This document shows, piece by piece, positions 40,264-51,916 of a stretch of 64,000 nt of DNA. Below the pieces are notes generated by a model. The model was given only the letters and a program-made list of their open reading frames with translations. It was not told the origin of the DNA and made no database searches. Numbering within the stretch: the first letter of the stretch is position 1; each line of letters opens with the position of its first letter. The stretch is from Gammaproteobacteria bacterium (GTDB lineage Bacteria > Pseudomonadota > Gammaproteobacteria > UBA6002), in assembly GCA_013697705.1 (NCBI GenBank), contig JACCWJ010000008.1:6235-70234 (forward strand), in the 5' to 3' direction. Both the position numbers and the translations under genes were made by a program.

Positions 40264-41160
40264 ATGGAATCAAAAAAAGTTCTGACTTATGGTTTATTAT
40301 TATCAGTAATTCTGATTTGGGCACTTTCCTGGCCCATTAGCAAATTGGGCCTGATGGACATGCCCCCTATGTGGTATTCCGCTTTTCGCCTAGTCGTTGG
40401 CTTTGTCACTATCTTTATTATTCTGCTTTTCCAAAAGAAGATTAAGATTCCAAAGAAGCAAGATATCCCCTTAATAATGAGCATTGGACTACTTCAGATG
40501 GCCTGTTTTCTCATATTGATTAATGGCGGACTTCTGTTTGTCGATGCGGGACGCTCTGCTATTTTAGTTTATTCAACCCCTTTTTTGATTACCCCTATCG
40601 CTGTGCTATTTTTTGATGAACGATTAACGAAAGCCAAGCTAATCGGGTTACTTTTAGGCGGCCTGGGAATTTTACTGCTGTTTAATCCCTGGACTTTTAA
40701 TTGGCATGATCATCATACCTTGATCGGTAATGTGCTGTTATTACTCGCGGCAGTATGCTGGGCTGTTGCTATGTTGCATACACGCTATGGCATCTGGCAT
40801 AGTCCATCAATACAGTTAGTTCCTTGGCAGCTACTCATTGCCGGATTTTTTGTCATTATGGCGTGCTTGATTCTTAATCCTCACCCACAGATTAATTGGA
40901 ACTCTCGCTTGATATGGACTGGCCTGTACAATGGAATCTTAGCAACTGGCTTTGCCTACGCCGCCATAATTTATGTGAGTCAAAAACTCCCCGTGATTAA
41001 TACCTCACTCCTACTCTTAGGCGTTCCTGTGGCAGGGCTGGTCTTTTCCTCTCTTTTACTTAGCGAGAAATTAACGTGGGTGACCAGTGCAGCATTAGCA
41101 TTAATAATAAGCGGCTTGATTGCCATTGCGATGGATAAAAGTACTGACATTAAGGCGTAA
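40264..41160 (+). CDS. DMT-superfamily (EamA) transporter
   Basis: Ten TM helices and two EamA-like halves. Confidence 0.75.
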   Translation: MESKKVLTYGLLLSVILIWALSWPISKLGLMDMPPMWYSAFRLVVGFVTIFIILLFQKKIKIPKKQDIPLIMSIGLLQMACFLILINGGLLFVDAGRSAILVYSTPFLITPIAVLFFDERLTKAKLIGLLLGGLGILLLFNPWTFNWHDHHTLIGNVLLLLAAVCWAVAMLHTRYGIWHSPSIQLVPWQLLIAGFFVIMACLILNPHPQINWNSRLIWTGLYNGILATGFAYAAIIYVSQKLPVINTSLLLLGVPVAGLVFSSLLLSEKLTWVTSAALALIISGLIAIAMDKSTDIKA

Positions 41161-41372
41161 TAACAATTTTCACGTTGCCGATTCTCAACAGCTAGCAATG
41201 GAAAGGTTCGGACAATCGTAAATTCCAGATAGTCCATTAATTTTCAAATGGCCTTGTGTTAGGAGTCGTGTAGAAGAGTACTCGCCACAAATAGGTAATA
41301 TTTGGATTGAATAAAAAAAATCAGTTATGATTAGGGAAAATGTAATTAAACCTGTAATAGGTCACAACACTT

Positions 41373-42149
41373 ATGCAAGATGAAATAATCACTTATGAGC
41401 AGCCCTTAAATGAACACATTAGGGTTTGTTTGCGACTCGAACATCTGTTTGAGCAGATAGTTAATAATCTGGAAAATCCCACTGACTGGGGAAGTCGCAC
41501 TGCAATTTTGGCATTACTGGAGACGGTTAACGTAATCGATAGGCCAGATCTAAAAACTAAGCTCACCAAAGCACTCACACAACACGCGGCTACATTAACC
41601 CAGCTGGAAGTATTGCCTCAAGTAGATGGCAGCAAACTACGTACTGTATTATCTGAGTTAGATAGGTTAATTGACCAGTTGTATGCTACCCAAGGAAAAA
41701 TCGGTCACAACCTGCGGGGCAATGAATTCTTAAATACAATTCGCCAACATCTTTACAATCCAGGCGGAGCGGTAAATTTTAGCAATCCTGGCTTTCAACT
41801 ATGGCTACAACAACCTTCGGTTACCCGTATCAACGATCTTAAAATATGGGTTAAAGAATTCGATCAACTAAGAGATGTGGTCAATATTCTGTTGCGACTG
41901 ACCCGACAAAGCAGTCTACCGATTGAAAAATATGCAGATAACGGTTTTTACCAGCAGGCGCTTGATCCTAATGCCACTTGTGAAATGGTGAGAGTTATGT
42001 TACCCGTCACCTCCAATTTATATCCGGAAATTAGCGTGGGTCGGCATCGCTTATCCGTAAGATTTTTAGAACCCAATTGCCATGAACTCGGTCGTTCAAA
42101 GCAATGTGACTACAATCTAAAGTTCAAACTAACGTGTTGTGCCATCTAG
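41373..42149 (+). CDS. zapD: cell division protein ZapD
   Basis: YacF/ZapD family N-terminus (ITYEQPLNEHIRVCLRLEHLF); synteny with yacG and coaE. Confidence 0.85.
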   Translation: MQDEIITYEQPLNEHIRVCLRLEHLFEQIVNNLENPTDWGSRTAILALLETVNVIDRPDLKTKLTKALTQHAATLTQLEVLPQVDGSKLRTVLSELDRLIDQLYATQGKIGHNLRGNEFLNTIRQHLYNPGGAVNFSNPGFQLWLQQPSVTRINDLKIWVKEFDQLRDVVNILLRLTRQSSLPIEKYADNGFYQQALDPNATCEMVRVMLPVTSNLYPEISVGRHRLSVRFLEPNCHELGRSKQCDYNLKFKLTCCAI

Positions 42150-42348
42150 GATGAAACCAGAATTACCTTCACTCAACGTAAAATGCCCTACTTGCAGTAC
42201 TGAAATCGTGTGGAATGAGAAGAATGTCTTTCGCCCTTTCTGCTGTGAGCGATGTCGTCTCATAGATTTAGGAGACTGGATTGCAGAAAAACATGTTATT
42301 CCGGGAATGCCTGAAAACTCTATCGCCAAAGAATCTGAAGAAGAATAG
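42139..42348 (+). CDS. yacG: DNA gyrase inhibitor YacG (zinc finger)
   Basis: CPTCSTEIVW...FCCERCRLIDLGDW zinc-ribbon motif. Confidence 0.85.
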   Translation: MPSRMKPELPSLNVKCPTCSTEIVWNEKNVFRPFCCERCRLIDLGDWIAEKHVIPGMPENSIAKESEEE

Positions 42349-43266
42349 TTAATTACTGACGCCGCTCCACAAGGCACGTCGCGCTATAGTAAATCCACTT
42401 GATTGTTTTTCTCTTATATAAATAGGAATATTGGCTGCAGCAATTAGCTGATTGCGTTGTGTTTCATTATCGTATTCCCCGGTAATCTCAAAGAAATCGA
42501 TCCCTATTTCTTCAATCCGCGAGAGTTCGGTAATCGTATCGCAGGCAGCCCCCAACCAGGTTTCTTTTGCAATAGGACGTTGATCCATGTGGAGGAGTTG
42601 ATCCGTATGCATCACCACTCCATCCGCGATGGTTTGATTAATTAGAGCGTGATTAATGGGGCTAAGTAGTAACGTTACTTTCCTATTTCGACACAACACA
42701 GCAATCTTCTTTGCTACAGATAAGTAATCCGCATCATTGAGATTATCCGACTGAAATTTAAGCATCCGTGTAGGACTCTGGATTAATTTTTCTTCTAAGG
42801 CGGATAAGAAAATTTCAGGATCATCACAGGAGGGCGTAATGAGATATTCTTTAGGCAGCAGTGTGGCAACTACAATAGCGCGATTAGCAGGCAGCATGTT
42901 TAATTGATTCAAGGTATTGGGTTGCCGCCAGCTTATTTCCTGGCCTTCTAGACCTGCGGCTTTGCCACTAAACAACTTCACATCCCATGCATGAAGTATC
43001 ACAGTTCTTTCGGGATAGGCATAGGTGAGACGAATAAGGGGGGTACATTCATTAACCGTGATGCCTACCTCTTCGAGCAACTCTCTCTTCAGGGCCATCA
43101 CTGAATCTTCATTGGCCTCTAGCTTACCTCCTGGAAACTCCCAAAAGCCTCCCCCTAACCAATGATCGGGGCGTTTTGCAACGAGTAATTCCCCGTCGGC
43201 ATTGGTAATTATTCCAACGGCAACATGGATAACCTTGGGCGTGGGATTACTAATTAATCTGTCCAT
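42349..43266 (-). CDS. mutT: Nudix hydrolase MutT fused to a ThiE-like (TMP-synthase-like) C-terminal domain
   Basis: Nudix box [24 protein letters not shown]. The C-terminal half resembles ThiE/TENI. The start is uncertain: the internal ATG (MDRLISN) is used here; it overlaps the secA 3' end by about 17 nt. Confidence 0.75.
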   Translation of the reverse strand: MDRLISNPTPKVIHVAVGIITNADGELLVAKRPDHWLGGGFWEFPGGKLEANEDSVMALKRELLEEVGITVNECTPLIRLTYAYPERTVILHAWDVKLFSGKAAGLEGQEISWRQPNTLNQLNMLPANRAIVVATLLPKEYLITPSCDDPEIFLSALEEKLIQSPTRMLKFQSDNLNDADYLSVAKKIAVLCRNRKVTLLLSPINHALINQTIADGVVMHTDQLLHMDQRPIAKETWLGAACDTITELSRIEEIGIDFFEITGEYDNETQRNQLIAAANIPIYIREKQSSGFTIARRALWSGVSN

Positions 43267-45973
43267 GACAATGTTTATATTTTCGACTAGAACCACAAGG
43301 GCAAGGATCATTTCGACCCACTTTAGGCTCTGCTCGAGTATAAGTCTCCACCATTTCTAATTCTGCGCCTTCATTTTCACCGAAATTTGGCTGCCCTGAC
43401 GTCATGAGAGCATGTTGAAATTCAGCATTTTCTAAATTAGAGAGTTGTCTTCTCATATTCTCAACGGCTTGGACATCTTGTTCTGTATTGATATTCATCA
43501 TACACAAGGTGCTAATCACATAATATTTAATGCCATCCAACATTTGAGTAAACATTTCAAAACACTCACGCTTATATTCTTGCGTTGGATTTTTTTGCGC
43601 AAATCCTCGTAAATGAATACCTTGTCGTAGATGATCCATCGCAGCAAGATGTTCTTTCCAATGCATATCTAGGCTTTGTAACATGACGGATTTTTCAAGT
43701 TGACGTAGAACCATTGGCCCCAGTTGTTCTTCTTTTTTCTTATAGAGTCTTTGCACCTCGGCAATAATGCGTTCGCGAAGGGTTTCTTCGTATAAGTTCT
43801 CTTCTTTTTCAAGCCATTCTTGAATTGAAAGTTTAAATCCAAAATCTTTCGCTAATACTTGTTCTAAGCCCGCAACATCCCATTGTTCTTCTAAACTTTG
43901 AGGAGGAATGTGATTTTCAACTGTCACTAATATTACATCTTCGACAATTCCATTGATGGTTTGAGATATATCCTCTGCTGCCATTAATTCGAATCGTTGA
44001 TAATAAATTACCTTACGTTGATCATTCGCTACATCATCATACTGTAATAACTGTTTGCGCATATCAAAGTTGTGTCCTTCCACTTTGCGCTGCGCGTTTT
44101 CAATTGCTCTTGATACCAAGCCTGATTCGATAGGCTGATCTTCCTGCATTCCTAATTTCCGCATTACGCTGGAGAATCGTTCAGGCGCGAAGATACGCAT
44201 GAGATTATCTTCTAATGAGAGAAAGAATTGTGAAGATCCTGGATCACCTTGTCGCCCGGATCGACCACGTAATTGATTATCGATACGTCTCGACTCATGT
44301 CGTTCCGTACCTAAAACGTGCAGACCTCCAGCGGCCACAACTTGTTTATGACGTTCTTGCCAATGTAACCGCAAGTCAGTAATTTGCTGGTCGGTAGGAT
44401 TTTCTAAATCAGCAAGTTCTGCTTCGAGATTGCCCCCTAGTACAATATCAGTACCCCGTCCTGCCATATTGGTCGCGATGGTCACGGTACCAGGGCGCCC
44501 TGCCTGAGCAATTATCTTGGCTTCTTTTTCGTGATATTTTGCATTTAAAACTTGATGGGGAACTTTTTGTTTGCTTAACACATTGGATAGAAATTCGGAA
44601 GTTTCGATCGATGCGGTACCCACTAGAATAGGCTGACCGTTTTGATGTCTTTTCTTTATATCTTCGATAATGGCATTAAACTTGCCCTCACCTGTCAAAT
44701 AGACTTGGTCACTTTGATCTTTGCGCACCACCGGTTGATTGGTAGGGATGACAACGACTTCAAGACCATATATTTGTTGGAACTCATATGCTTCGGTGTC
44801 CGCCGTACCCGTCATACCCGAAATCTTGTTATACAGTCTAAAATAATTTTGGAAAGTGATAGTGGCTAATGTTTGATTTTCGCTTTCAATCTTCACCCCT
44901 TCCTTCGCTTCCACTGCCTGATGTAATCCATCCGACCAGCGTCTACCAGACATTAAGCGCCCGGTATGTTCGTCAACAATTATGACCTTATCGTCTTTTA
45001 CGATGTATTCAACATCACGATGGTAGAGAAAATTCGCACGTAAAGCCGCATTCAAATGATGAAGCAGCATGACATTATTTGCACTATAGAGACTTTCACC
45101 TGGCTTTAAGAGACCGCCCTCAGTGAATATTGTTTCGACATTCAAATGGCCTTCTTCACTTAAGTACACTTGCTTTACTTTTTCATCTAAAGAAAAATCG
45201 CCTGGAGCATCCTTATTGCTTTGTTGCTTTAGGCTGGGGATTAAAGAATTAATACGCATATATAATTCTGAACTTTCTTCCGCAGGACCAGAAATGATCA
45301 AGGGAGTTCTGGCTTCATCAACAAGAATGGAGTCCACTTCATCGACAATCGCATAAGCAAGGTCACGTTGAACCCGAGTCTCAAGACTAAATGCCATATT
45401 GTCACGCAGATAATCAAAGCCAAACTCGTTGTTTGTTCCATAGGTTATGTCTGCATTATAGGCTTTTTTCTTTTCTTCATAGCCCATATTAGTGAGATTG
45501 ACTCCCACCTCTAAACCAAGAAAACGAAAGATAGGGGCCATCCATTCTGCATCGCGCTTTGCAAGATAATCATTAACGGTAACGATGTGAACCCCTTTAC
45601 CGGGTATCGCATTGAGGTAAGCCGGCAGAGTAGCGACCAAGGTTTTACCTTCCCCTGTACGCATTTCAGCAATTTTACCTTCATGCAAAACCATACCCCC
45701 AATTAACTGCACGTCAAAATGGCGCATCTTGAGCGTTCTATTGCTGGCTTCTCGCACTGCAGCAAAAGCTTCAGGCAGCAAATCATTGAGAGATTCACCT
45801 TTTTGATAACGGTCTTTAAATTCGTTAGTCTTGGCACGTAACTGTTCATCCGTCAGTGCGGTGAACTGCGGTTCAAGTTGGTTAATAACCGTAACTATCT
45901 TACTCATACCCTTAACAATTCGTTGGTTACGAGTACCGAATATTTTGCTCAATAACGTATTGATCATAATCAC
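43250..45973 (-). CDS. secA: preprotein translocase ATPase SecA
   Basis: Full-length SecA homology with C-terminal zinc-binding [14 protein letters not shown]. Confidence 0.95.
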   Translation of the reverse strand: MIMINTLLSKIFGTRNQRIVKGMSKIVTVINQLEPQFTALTDEQLRAKTNEFKDRYQKGESLNDLLPEAFAAVREASNRTLKMRHFDVQLIGGMVLHEGKIAEMRTGEGKTLVATLPAYLNAIPGKGVHIVTVNDYLAKRDAEWMAPIFRFLGLEVGVNLTNMGYEEKKKAYNADITYGTNNEFGFDYLRDNMAFSLETRVQRDLAYAIVDEVDSILVDEARTPLIISGPAEESSELYMRINSLIPSLKQQSNKDAPGDFSLDEKVKQVYLSEEGHLNVETIFTEGGLLKPGESLYSANNVMLLHHLNAALRANFLYHRDVEYIVKDDKVIIVDEHTGRLMSGRRWSDGLHQAVEAKEGVKIESENQTLATITFQNYFRLYNKISGMTGTADTEAYEFQQIYGLEVVVIPTNQPVVRKDQSDQVYLTGEGKFNAIIEDIKKRHQNGQPILVGTASIETSEFLSNVLSKQKVPHQVLNAKYHEKEAKIIAQAGRPGTVTIATNMAGRGTDIVLGGNLEAELADLENPTDQQITDLRLHWQERHKQVVAAGGLHVLGTERHESRRIDNQLRGRSGRQGDPGSSQFFLSLEDNLMRIFAPERFSSVMRKLGMQEDQPIESGLVSRAIENAQRKVEGHNFDMRKQLLQYDDVANDQRKVIYYQRFELMAAEDISQTINGIVEDVILVTVENHIPPQSLEEQWDVAGLEQVLAKDFGFKLSIQEWLEKEENLYEETLRERIIAEVQRLYKKKEEQLGPMVLRQLEKSVMLQSLDMHWKEHLAAMDHLRQGIHLRGFAQKNPTQEYKRECFEMFTQMLDGIKYYVISTLCMMNINTEQDVQAVENMRRQLSNLENAEFQHALMTSGQPNFGENEGAELEMVETYTRAEPKVGRNDPCPCGSSRKYKHCHGQIN

Positions 45974-46131
45974 TTCTTAAGATTGATTTTTAGTAGATAA
46001 AAATTGGTCCAGCCTAATGTTAGGGCTATTTATACCTCTAATAAAAAAAAAAGTCCAACTCTCTTCTCCCGCTGTAGAGAGAAGAACAAACCTAATCGTC
46101 ACTCTGTCTGTCTGGCCCAAACCTAGATATA

Positions 46132-46467
46132 ATGTTCTTTTATAATTTTTCAATGAGACACATGAAAACGCTGACCGAACTGCTAGCTTCAGATGTATTC
46201 AAACCCTTAATGGATAAGACCGCGAACTTACAAAGGTTAAACGCTGTCTGGAGTATTATCATGCAAGAATGGGCAGAACATTGCGTGGTAGCTGATTTTG
46301 AAAAAGGGGAATTACTCTTACAGGTTCGCAATGCAGCATGGGCTACCCGGGTACGTTATGCCGTACCTGAAATTATAAAAAAATTGGGTGGGCATGCTGA
46401 GTTTAAATTATTAAATAAAATAAAGTGCAAGATTTCACCCCATTGTCCTTTATTTAAATATGAATAA
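46132..46467 (+). CDS. dciA: DUF721 (DciA-like) protein
   Basis: LQRLNAVWSIIMQEWAEHCVVADFEKGELLLQVRNAAWATRVRY fits the DUF721/DciA pattern. Located between secA and lpxC. The true start may be the internal ATG (MKTLTELL). Confidence 0.55.
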   Translation: MFFYNFSMRHMKTLTELLASDVFKPLMDKTANLQRLNAVWSIIMQEWAEHCVVADFEKGELLLQVRNAAWATRVRYAVPEIIKKLGGHAEFKLLNKIKCKISPHCPLFKYE

Positions 46468-46469
46468 GA

Positions 46470-47393
46470 TTAGGCGCCCGCGTAGCACAATCCATCTACT
46501 GCAGGGAAGATAATAGGGAGTGTCGTTTTATCCGTAAATGTGACTATTTCCCAAGCACTTTGATCTTTTAATAATGCCTGTAATAACTGATTGTTTAGCT
46601 GGTGACCACACTTATAACCGTGAAACTCTCCGATCATGCTGTGACCTAACTGATACAAATCCCCCACTACATCTAATAGCTTATGTTTCACAAATTCATC
46701 TTCGAAACGCAAACCATCATCATTCAATATACGGAAATCATCTAATACTATGGCGTTGTCTAAACTACCGCCCAATGCAAGATTATTAGCGCGTAGATAT
46801 TCGTATTCGGATAAGAAACCGAACGTTCTGGCACGACTCACTTCCTTAATATACGAGCTTGTTGAGAAATCTAAGGTAGCAGTTTGATTACTGCTGCGGA
46901 TAATAGGATGATCGAAATCAATCGTTAGGGTGACTCTAAAACCATTATAAGGAGAGATTGAGCCCACTTTATCGCCGTGGCGTATTTCAACTTTGCGTTT
47001 GATACGAATGAATTTTTTGGGAGCATTTTGTTCTTGTATTCCTGCGGATTGAACCAGGAAAACAAAGGGGCCAGCACTGCCATCCATAATGGGCACTTCC
47101 GGAGCGGTAAGATCTACATAGGCGTTATCAATACCCAACCCCGCAAAAGCGGACAGTAAGTGTTCAATGGTAGAAACGCGCACGCCGTCTTTTACCAAGC
47201 AGGTATTAAGCGTTGTATCGCCCACGTGCCCGACTAGCGCAGGTATTTCTACTATAGGATTTTGATCTATACGTCTAAAACGAATTCCGGTATTTACCGG
47301 TGCAGGGCATATTTTAAGATAGACCTTTTCACCTGTGTGCAACCCTGTACCCGTAGCGCTCATCTCAGTTTTAACTGTTGTCTGCCAAACCAT
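46470..47393 (-). CDS. lpxC: UDP-3-O-acyl-N-acetylglucosamine deacetylase
   Basis: N-terminus aligns with E. coli LpxC (..[12 protein letters not shown]..). Length 307 aa. Confidence 0.95.
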   Translation of the reverse strand: MVWQTTVKTEMSATGTGLHTGEKVYLKICPAPVNTGIRFRRIDQNPIVEIPALVGHVGDTTLNTCLVKDGVRVSTIEHLLSAFAGLGIDNAYVDLTAPEVPIMDGSAGPFVFLVQSAGIQEQNAPKKFIRIKRKVEIRHGDKVGSISPYNGFRVTLTIDFDHPIIRSSNQTATLDFSTSSYIKEVSRARTFGFLSEYEYLRANNLALGGSLDNAIVLDDFRILNDDGLRFEDEFVKHKLLDVVGDLYQLGHSMIGEFHGYKCGHQLNNQLLQALLKDQSAWEIVTFTDKTTLPIIFPAVDGLCYAGA

Positions 47394-47498
47394 CCACTAT
47401 ATCCGATTATTCTATAAAAAATTGTGGGGCATTGTAGCATACTCGCTGGTAGGTACAACCGGAAGACGAGAAATCTCCAAATTTCTCGTCAAACAGTG

Positions 47499-48665
47499 TT
47501 AGTCTTCTTGTCTTCGCAGGAAAGCGGGGATATCCAAATAATCCAACTCTTTCACATCGCCTATATCAGCTGTCGCTCTTGATACGCCGTGATTGCGCAT
47601 GACAGTGGGCCTTTCTAGCTGATGGTAATCAACCACTCCATCTTGCTTGGATTCCAGAATTTTTAAGTGATGAACGCCAACTACGCCCGCACTTGTCTCT
47701 TCCTCTCTGCGGCCTAAACCTGTAGCAACGACGGTAACTCGCAATTCATCCGACATATCAGGATCAATGACGGTACCCACTACCACTGTGGCATTTTCTG
47801 AAGTGAACGATTTCACGACCTCTCCGACCGCTTCAAATTCACCAATTGACATGCCCATACCCGCAGTTATATTGACCAGCACACCTCTGGCGCCCGTTAA
47901 ATCAATATCTTCTAACAAGGGGCTAGAAATTGCTGCTTGAGCGGCTTCGGTAGCACGATTTTCACCAATGCTCACTCCGGTGCCCATCATAGCCATGCCC
48001 ATTTCCGACATGACGGTACGAACGTCGGCAAAATCTACGTTAATTAACCCTGGACGAGTGATTAGATCTGCTATGCCTTGTACCGCACCCAGCAATACGT
48101 TGTTCGCTGCACGAAATGCATTGAGCAGTGTAATGTTTTTTCCCAGCACGCTGAGTAGCTTGTTATTGGGAATAGTGATGAGAGAATCCACATTTTTAGC
48201 TAAATCACGAATACCATGGTCTGCGACCTGCATTCTTTTCTTACCTTCAAAGATAAAAGGTTTGGTAACCACTGCAACGGTCAATATCCCCAGCTCTCTG
48301 GCGATCTGAGCAAATACTGGAGCAGCACCTGTGCCGGTTCCGCCTCCCATACCTGCAGTAATGAAGATCATGTCCGAGCCTTCAATTACATCCTTGATGC
48401 GCTCACGATTTTCTTCAGCGGCTTTTTTTCCAACTTCAGGATCGGCACCTGCGCCCAGCCCCTTAGTCAAATCATCGCCTAACTGAAGCAATACACGTGC
48501 ATTAGATTTTCGCAGGGCTTGCGCATCTGTATTTGCACAGATAAATTCAACCCCTTCGATGTTCTCCTGCATCATATGTTCGACTGCATTACCACCGCCA
48601 CCGCCAACACCAATTACTTTTATTACTGCATTATGTGGAGAACTATCAGTTAGTTCAAACATCAC
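47499..48665 (-). CDS. ftsZ: cell division GTPase FtsZ
   Basis: Tubulin signature GGGTGTG and T7 loop. Confidence 0.95.
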   Translation of the reverse strand: MMFELTDSSPHNAVIKVIGVGGGGGNAVEHMMQENIEGVEFICANTDAQALRKSNARVLLQLGDDLTKGLGAGADPEVGKKAAEENRERIKDVIEGSDMIFITAGMGGGTGTGAAPVFAQIARELGILTVAVVTKPFIFEGKKRMQVADHGIRDLAKNVDSLITIPNNKLLSVLGKNITLLNAFRAANNVLLGAVQGIADLITRPGLINVDFADVRTVMSEMGMAMMGTGVSIGENRATEAAQAAISSPLLEDIDLTGARGVLVNITAGMGMSIGEFEAVGEVVKSFTSENATVVVGTVIDPDMSDELRVTVVATGLGRREEETSAGVVGVHHLKILESKQDGVVDYHQLERPTVMRNHGVSRATADIGDVKELDYLDIPAFLRRQED

Positions 48666-48714
48666 CCTAAACTCCTAAATATATTCGAATTATATCCTCG
48701 TAAAATACATCCCA

Positions 48715-49980
48715 TTAAAAATTTCCCTGAAACCAGCTTTTCATACGAGACCACGCTCCTTTGACACCCTCTCCGATCACCATTTCTGGCTTTCCTTCAT
48801 TACGTTGTTGTAACCCATAAAGAAGTAGGCCTACCCCCGTAGAATAAATTGGATTGAGGAGAACATCCTTGAGGCCTCGCACATGCTGCGGCAAACCCAA
48901 TCGTACGGGCATTTGGAAAACTGACTCTGCAAGTTCTAATACCCCCTCAACTAACGAGGCACCTCCGGTGATTACAATACCGGAAGCAATAAGGTCTTCA
49001 AAACCGCTTCTTTTTAACTCGGATTGCACTAAGGCAAATAATTCTTCGTACCTTGCACCGACAACGGCGGATAAGGCTTTTTTAGAAAGCAACCGCATCG
49101 GCTTTCTAGCAACACCAGGAACTTCGATAGCATCATCGGGACTAGTGCGACTCATCAATGCACTCGCGTGCTTGATCTTTATTTCTTCTGCATTATTTGT
49201 CGGCGTTCTAAGTGCAACGGCTATATCGTTAGTCACTTGGTCGCCTGCAATGGGAATTACTGCCGTATGCCTAATTGCACCTTCAGTGAAAATAGCAACA
49301 TCTGTCGTGCCCCCCCCAATATCGATCATACAAACACCGAGCTCTTTTTCATCATCTGTTAGAACAGAATGGCTAGAGGCCAATTGTTCGAGAATAATAT
49401 CCCCCACTTCAAGTCCGCAGCGTTGGACACACTTCACAATATTTTGAGCGGCACTCACAGCACCGGTAACAATATGTACTTTCGCCTCTAAACGAACGCC
49501 AGACATTCCAACGGGCTCTCTAATGCCTTCTTGGTTATCTATGATAAATTCTTGAGGAAGTATGTGTAATATTTTTTGATCGGCAGGAATCGCAACGGCT
49601 CTCGCTGCGTCAATAACTCGGTCAATGTCAGGCTCGCCAACTTCGCTATCGCGAATCGCAACAATTCCATGAGAATTCATACTGCGAATATGACTACCCG
49701 CAATGCCTGTGTATGCTGAAAGAATTTCACAATCTGCCATCAATTCGGCTTCTTCTATTGCACGCTGAATTGACTGTACTGTAGCTTCAATATTGACGAC
49801 TACCCCACGCTTTAAACCACGCGAAGGATGACTTCCGACTCCGATTATTTCTAATTTCCCATCTGCGGCAATCTCCCCAACGAGGGCGGCCACTTTTGTA
49901 GTTCCGATATCAAGTCCTACTATTAAATTTTTATCCATTTTCTTTGACATATATGACTTTGCTCCAGGCAGCCAGGACAT
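48715..49980 (-). CDS. ftsA: cell division protein FtsA
   Basis: Actin-like ATPase (IVGLDIGTTKV). The true start is probably an internal ATG (MSKKMDKN or MDKN). Confidence 0.9.
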   Translation of the reverse strand: MSWLPGAKSYMSKKMDKNLIVGLDIGTTKVAALVGEIAADGKLEIIGVGSHPSRGLKRGVVVNIEATVQSIQRAIEEAELMADCEILSAYTGIAGSHIRSMNSHGIVAIRDSEVGEPDIDRVIDAARAVAIPADQKILHILPQEFIIDNQEGIREPVGMSGVRLEAKVHIVTGAVSAAQNIVKCVQRCGLEVGDIILEQLASSHSVLTDDEKELGVCMIDIGGGTTDVAIFTEGAIRHTAVIPIAGDQVTNDIAVALRTPTNNAEEIKIKHASALMSRTSPDDAIEVPGVARKPMRLLSKKALSAVVGARYEELFALVQSELKRSGFEDLIASGIVITGGASLVEGVLELAESVFQMPVRLGLPQHVRGLKDVLLNPIYSTGVGLLLYGLQQRNEGKPEMVIGEGVKGAWSRMKSWFQGNF

Positions 49981-50168
49981 GGATTAATGGCCTGACGATT
50001 ACCTTTCAATTTACGACTAAAAATTCTGAATTATATACGAAATTGTTCTTAGACAAGTGGTGCAAAGTATATGCTAGGCAAACAAAAAGCTCTATTAAAA
50101 AATACAAAAAATACACAATTAGAACTAATCGCAACAAGAGGGTGGACAATTTCGCAGGGAATGGCTGT

Positions 50169-50945
50169 CTAAGGGCTTAATGTCGGTGAAATTGGAGGTT
50201 GAATTAAATGCACTGAAAATCCATTCGAGTGCCGCAAATCAATAGATTGCAAATTATCACCGTGGATTTTCTTGAGCTTGGGGTAGATTGTAATAAAAGC
50301 AGATAAATGATCTTCGATATCTTTACGTCCTAACAAAATTTTTATGCCATTATTCAAGGTTATTTGCCAAGACCTTCTTTGACTCAGCGTAATTTCATTT
50401 ATACCTAAATTTAAAGGAGATAAATATTTTGTTAGGGCCGTATATTGCTCAAGAATATTGGCGGCCTGGCTTTCAGGCCCCACAAAAGCCGGCAAATTTT
50501 TAGAAGAGTCTATTTTGATTGGCATGATTTCTCCTCGAGAATTTACAGCCGCATCATCACCCCAACTTGCCACAAGGTGTGACTCTGACAGTGTTACTAA
50601 CAAAGTATCGGGCCAAACTCGTCTTATAATAACTTCATCTACAAAAGGTTCAGTTAAGATGTTTTTTTTCAGTGCGGTCATATTTGTCGAAAAAAACCCT
50701 TTTATATGAGGTGTAATTTTATATCTCAAGGTACTCAAATTAATATGTTCACAGGTAGCCTGAACCTTAATGTGGCGCATAGGGAAAAGTTTGGGTTCAG
50801 CAAAATGAAAAAAAGAGAGATAGATAATGACCAGAGAAAAAAGACAGCCTCCCCAGGCAATTATTTTAAATCGATGGGATTTATCTTTCTTATCGATAGC
50901 AATACGTTTCTTAAAATTCATAGTCTTAGTTTTTTTTATGCTCAT
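50169..50945 (-). CDS. ftsQ: cell division protein FtsQ
   Basis: N-terminal TM helix plus POTRA/FtsQ domain. Position between ddl and ftsA. Confidence 0.8.
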   Translation of the reverse strand: MSIKKTKTMNFKKRIAIDKKDKSHRFKIIAWGGCLFSLVIIYLSFFHFAEPKLFPMRHIKVQATCEHINLSTLRYKITPHIKGFFSTNMTALKKNILTEPFVDEVIIRRVWPDTLLVTLSESHLVASWGDDAAVNSRGEIMPIKIDSSKNLPAFVGPESQAANILEQYTALTKYLSPLNLGINEITLSQRRSWQITLNNGIKILLGRKDIEDHLSAFITIYPKLKKIHGDNLQSIDLRHSNGFSVHLIQPPISPTLSP

Positions 50946-51916
50946 TATGCGGCAGCGGATTGGGTAATATCTTTAATTTGGACAGTGTACGATAAAATCT
51001 CCACCACCAATTCATCAAAATTTATTCCAAGTACCTCTGCCGCTTTAGGCACTAAACTGTGCTTAGTCATACCAGGAACCGTGTTAATTTCTAAGAACCA
51101 AAAATTTCCAACGTGATCCTGAATCAAATCGACTCGTCCCCACCCCCTACAACCGGTCACTTGGAATGCACGAAATGCAAGATCTTGTAACGCCTGTTCT
51201 CTCTCGGGTGCCATGCCACAGGGAACGATATAGCGGGTAGTCTCTTCATTGTACTTTGCATCAAAATCATAAAACGAACGTGGGGTTTGAATTTCAATGA
51301 CTGGAAGAGGACTGTCCCCCAGTATGCCAACAGTAAATTCAGCGCCTTCAACCCAGGGTTCAATCATCACCCTGTCATCGTAGACAGCTGCTTTGTTAAA
51401 CGCTTCAGGTAATTGCTCAGGCGTAGTTACCTTGCTGACACCGACACTTGATCCATCACTGGTGGGTTTGATACACAATGGGAGACCAAACTCTTGCATC
51501 ACGCTAATGGCTGCCTCAAGATCTCGGACTAATTTAAAACGAAGCGTAGGTACATTCGTACTTTCCCAAATCAATTTGGTAAGGGATTTATCCATTGTAA
51601 CGGCTGACGCAGCCAGATCACTTCCCGTATAGGGAATCCCCAAATATTCCAACACTCCTTGTATGGCTCCATCCTCTCCGCCCGGACCATGCAATGCTAT
51701 AAAAGCGCGATCTGGCTTTAGCGAGATGAGTTTTTCTATTACGTCGGCTTCTACATCTAATGCGTGCGCATCAATTCCGGAACGCAGCAATGCGTCGTAA
51801 ATATTTTTTCCGGAAACGAGTGAAATTTCTCGTTCCGCAGATTCCCCACCCATCAAAACTACCACTTTTCCAAAATCTTCGCGGCTATATTTGGTCATCA
51901 TAAGAATTAGTCTCAC
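50945..51916 (-). CDS. ddl: D-alanine--D-alanine ligase
   Basis: ATP-grasp Ddl motifs (VVLMGGESAEREISL). The true start is probably internal (MTKYS). Confidence 0.9.
   Translation of the reverse strand: MRLILMMTKYSREDFGKVVVLMGGESAEREISLVSGKNIYDALLRSGIDAHALDVEADVIEKLISLKPDRAFIALHGPGGEDGAIQGVLEYLGIPYTGSDLAASAVTMDKSLTKLIWESTNVPTLRFKLVRDLEAAISVMQEFGLPLCIKPTSDGSSVGVSKVTTPEQLPEAFNKAAVYDDRVMIEPWVEGAEFTVGILGDSPLPVIEIQTPRSFYDFDAKYNEETTRYIVPCGMAPEREQALQDLAFRAFQVTGCRGWGRVDLIQDHVGNFWFLEINTVPGMTKHSLVPKAAEVLGINFDELVVEILSYTVQIKDITQSAAA

Noticed and set aside
42349-43311. Full ORF-track extent of mutT overlapping the secA 3' end by 62 nt
   Set aside because: The N-terminal 15 codons ([15 protein letters not shown]) have no homology support. 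A downstream ATG gives a normal Nudix N-terminus; the overlap is probably an ORF-caller extension.
45974-46131. Imperfect CTCTCTTCTC...AGAGAGAAGA inverted repeat in the secA/dciA divergent region
   Set aside because: The arms are not actually complementary when checked base by base. Likely just a pyrimidine/purine-rich promoter spacer.
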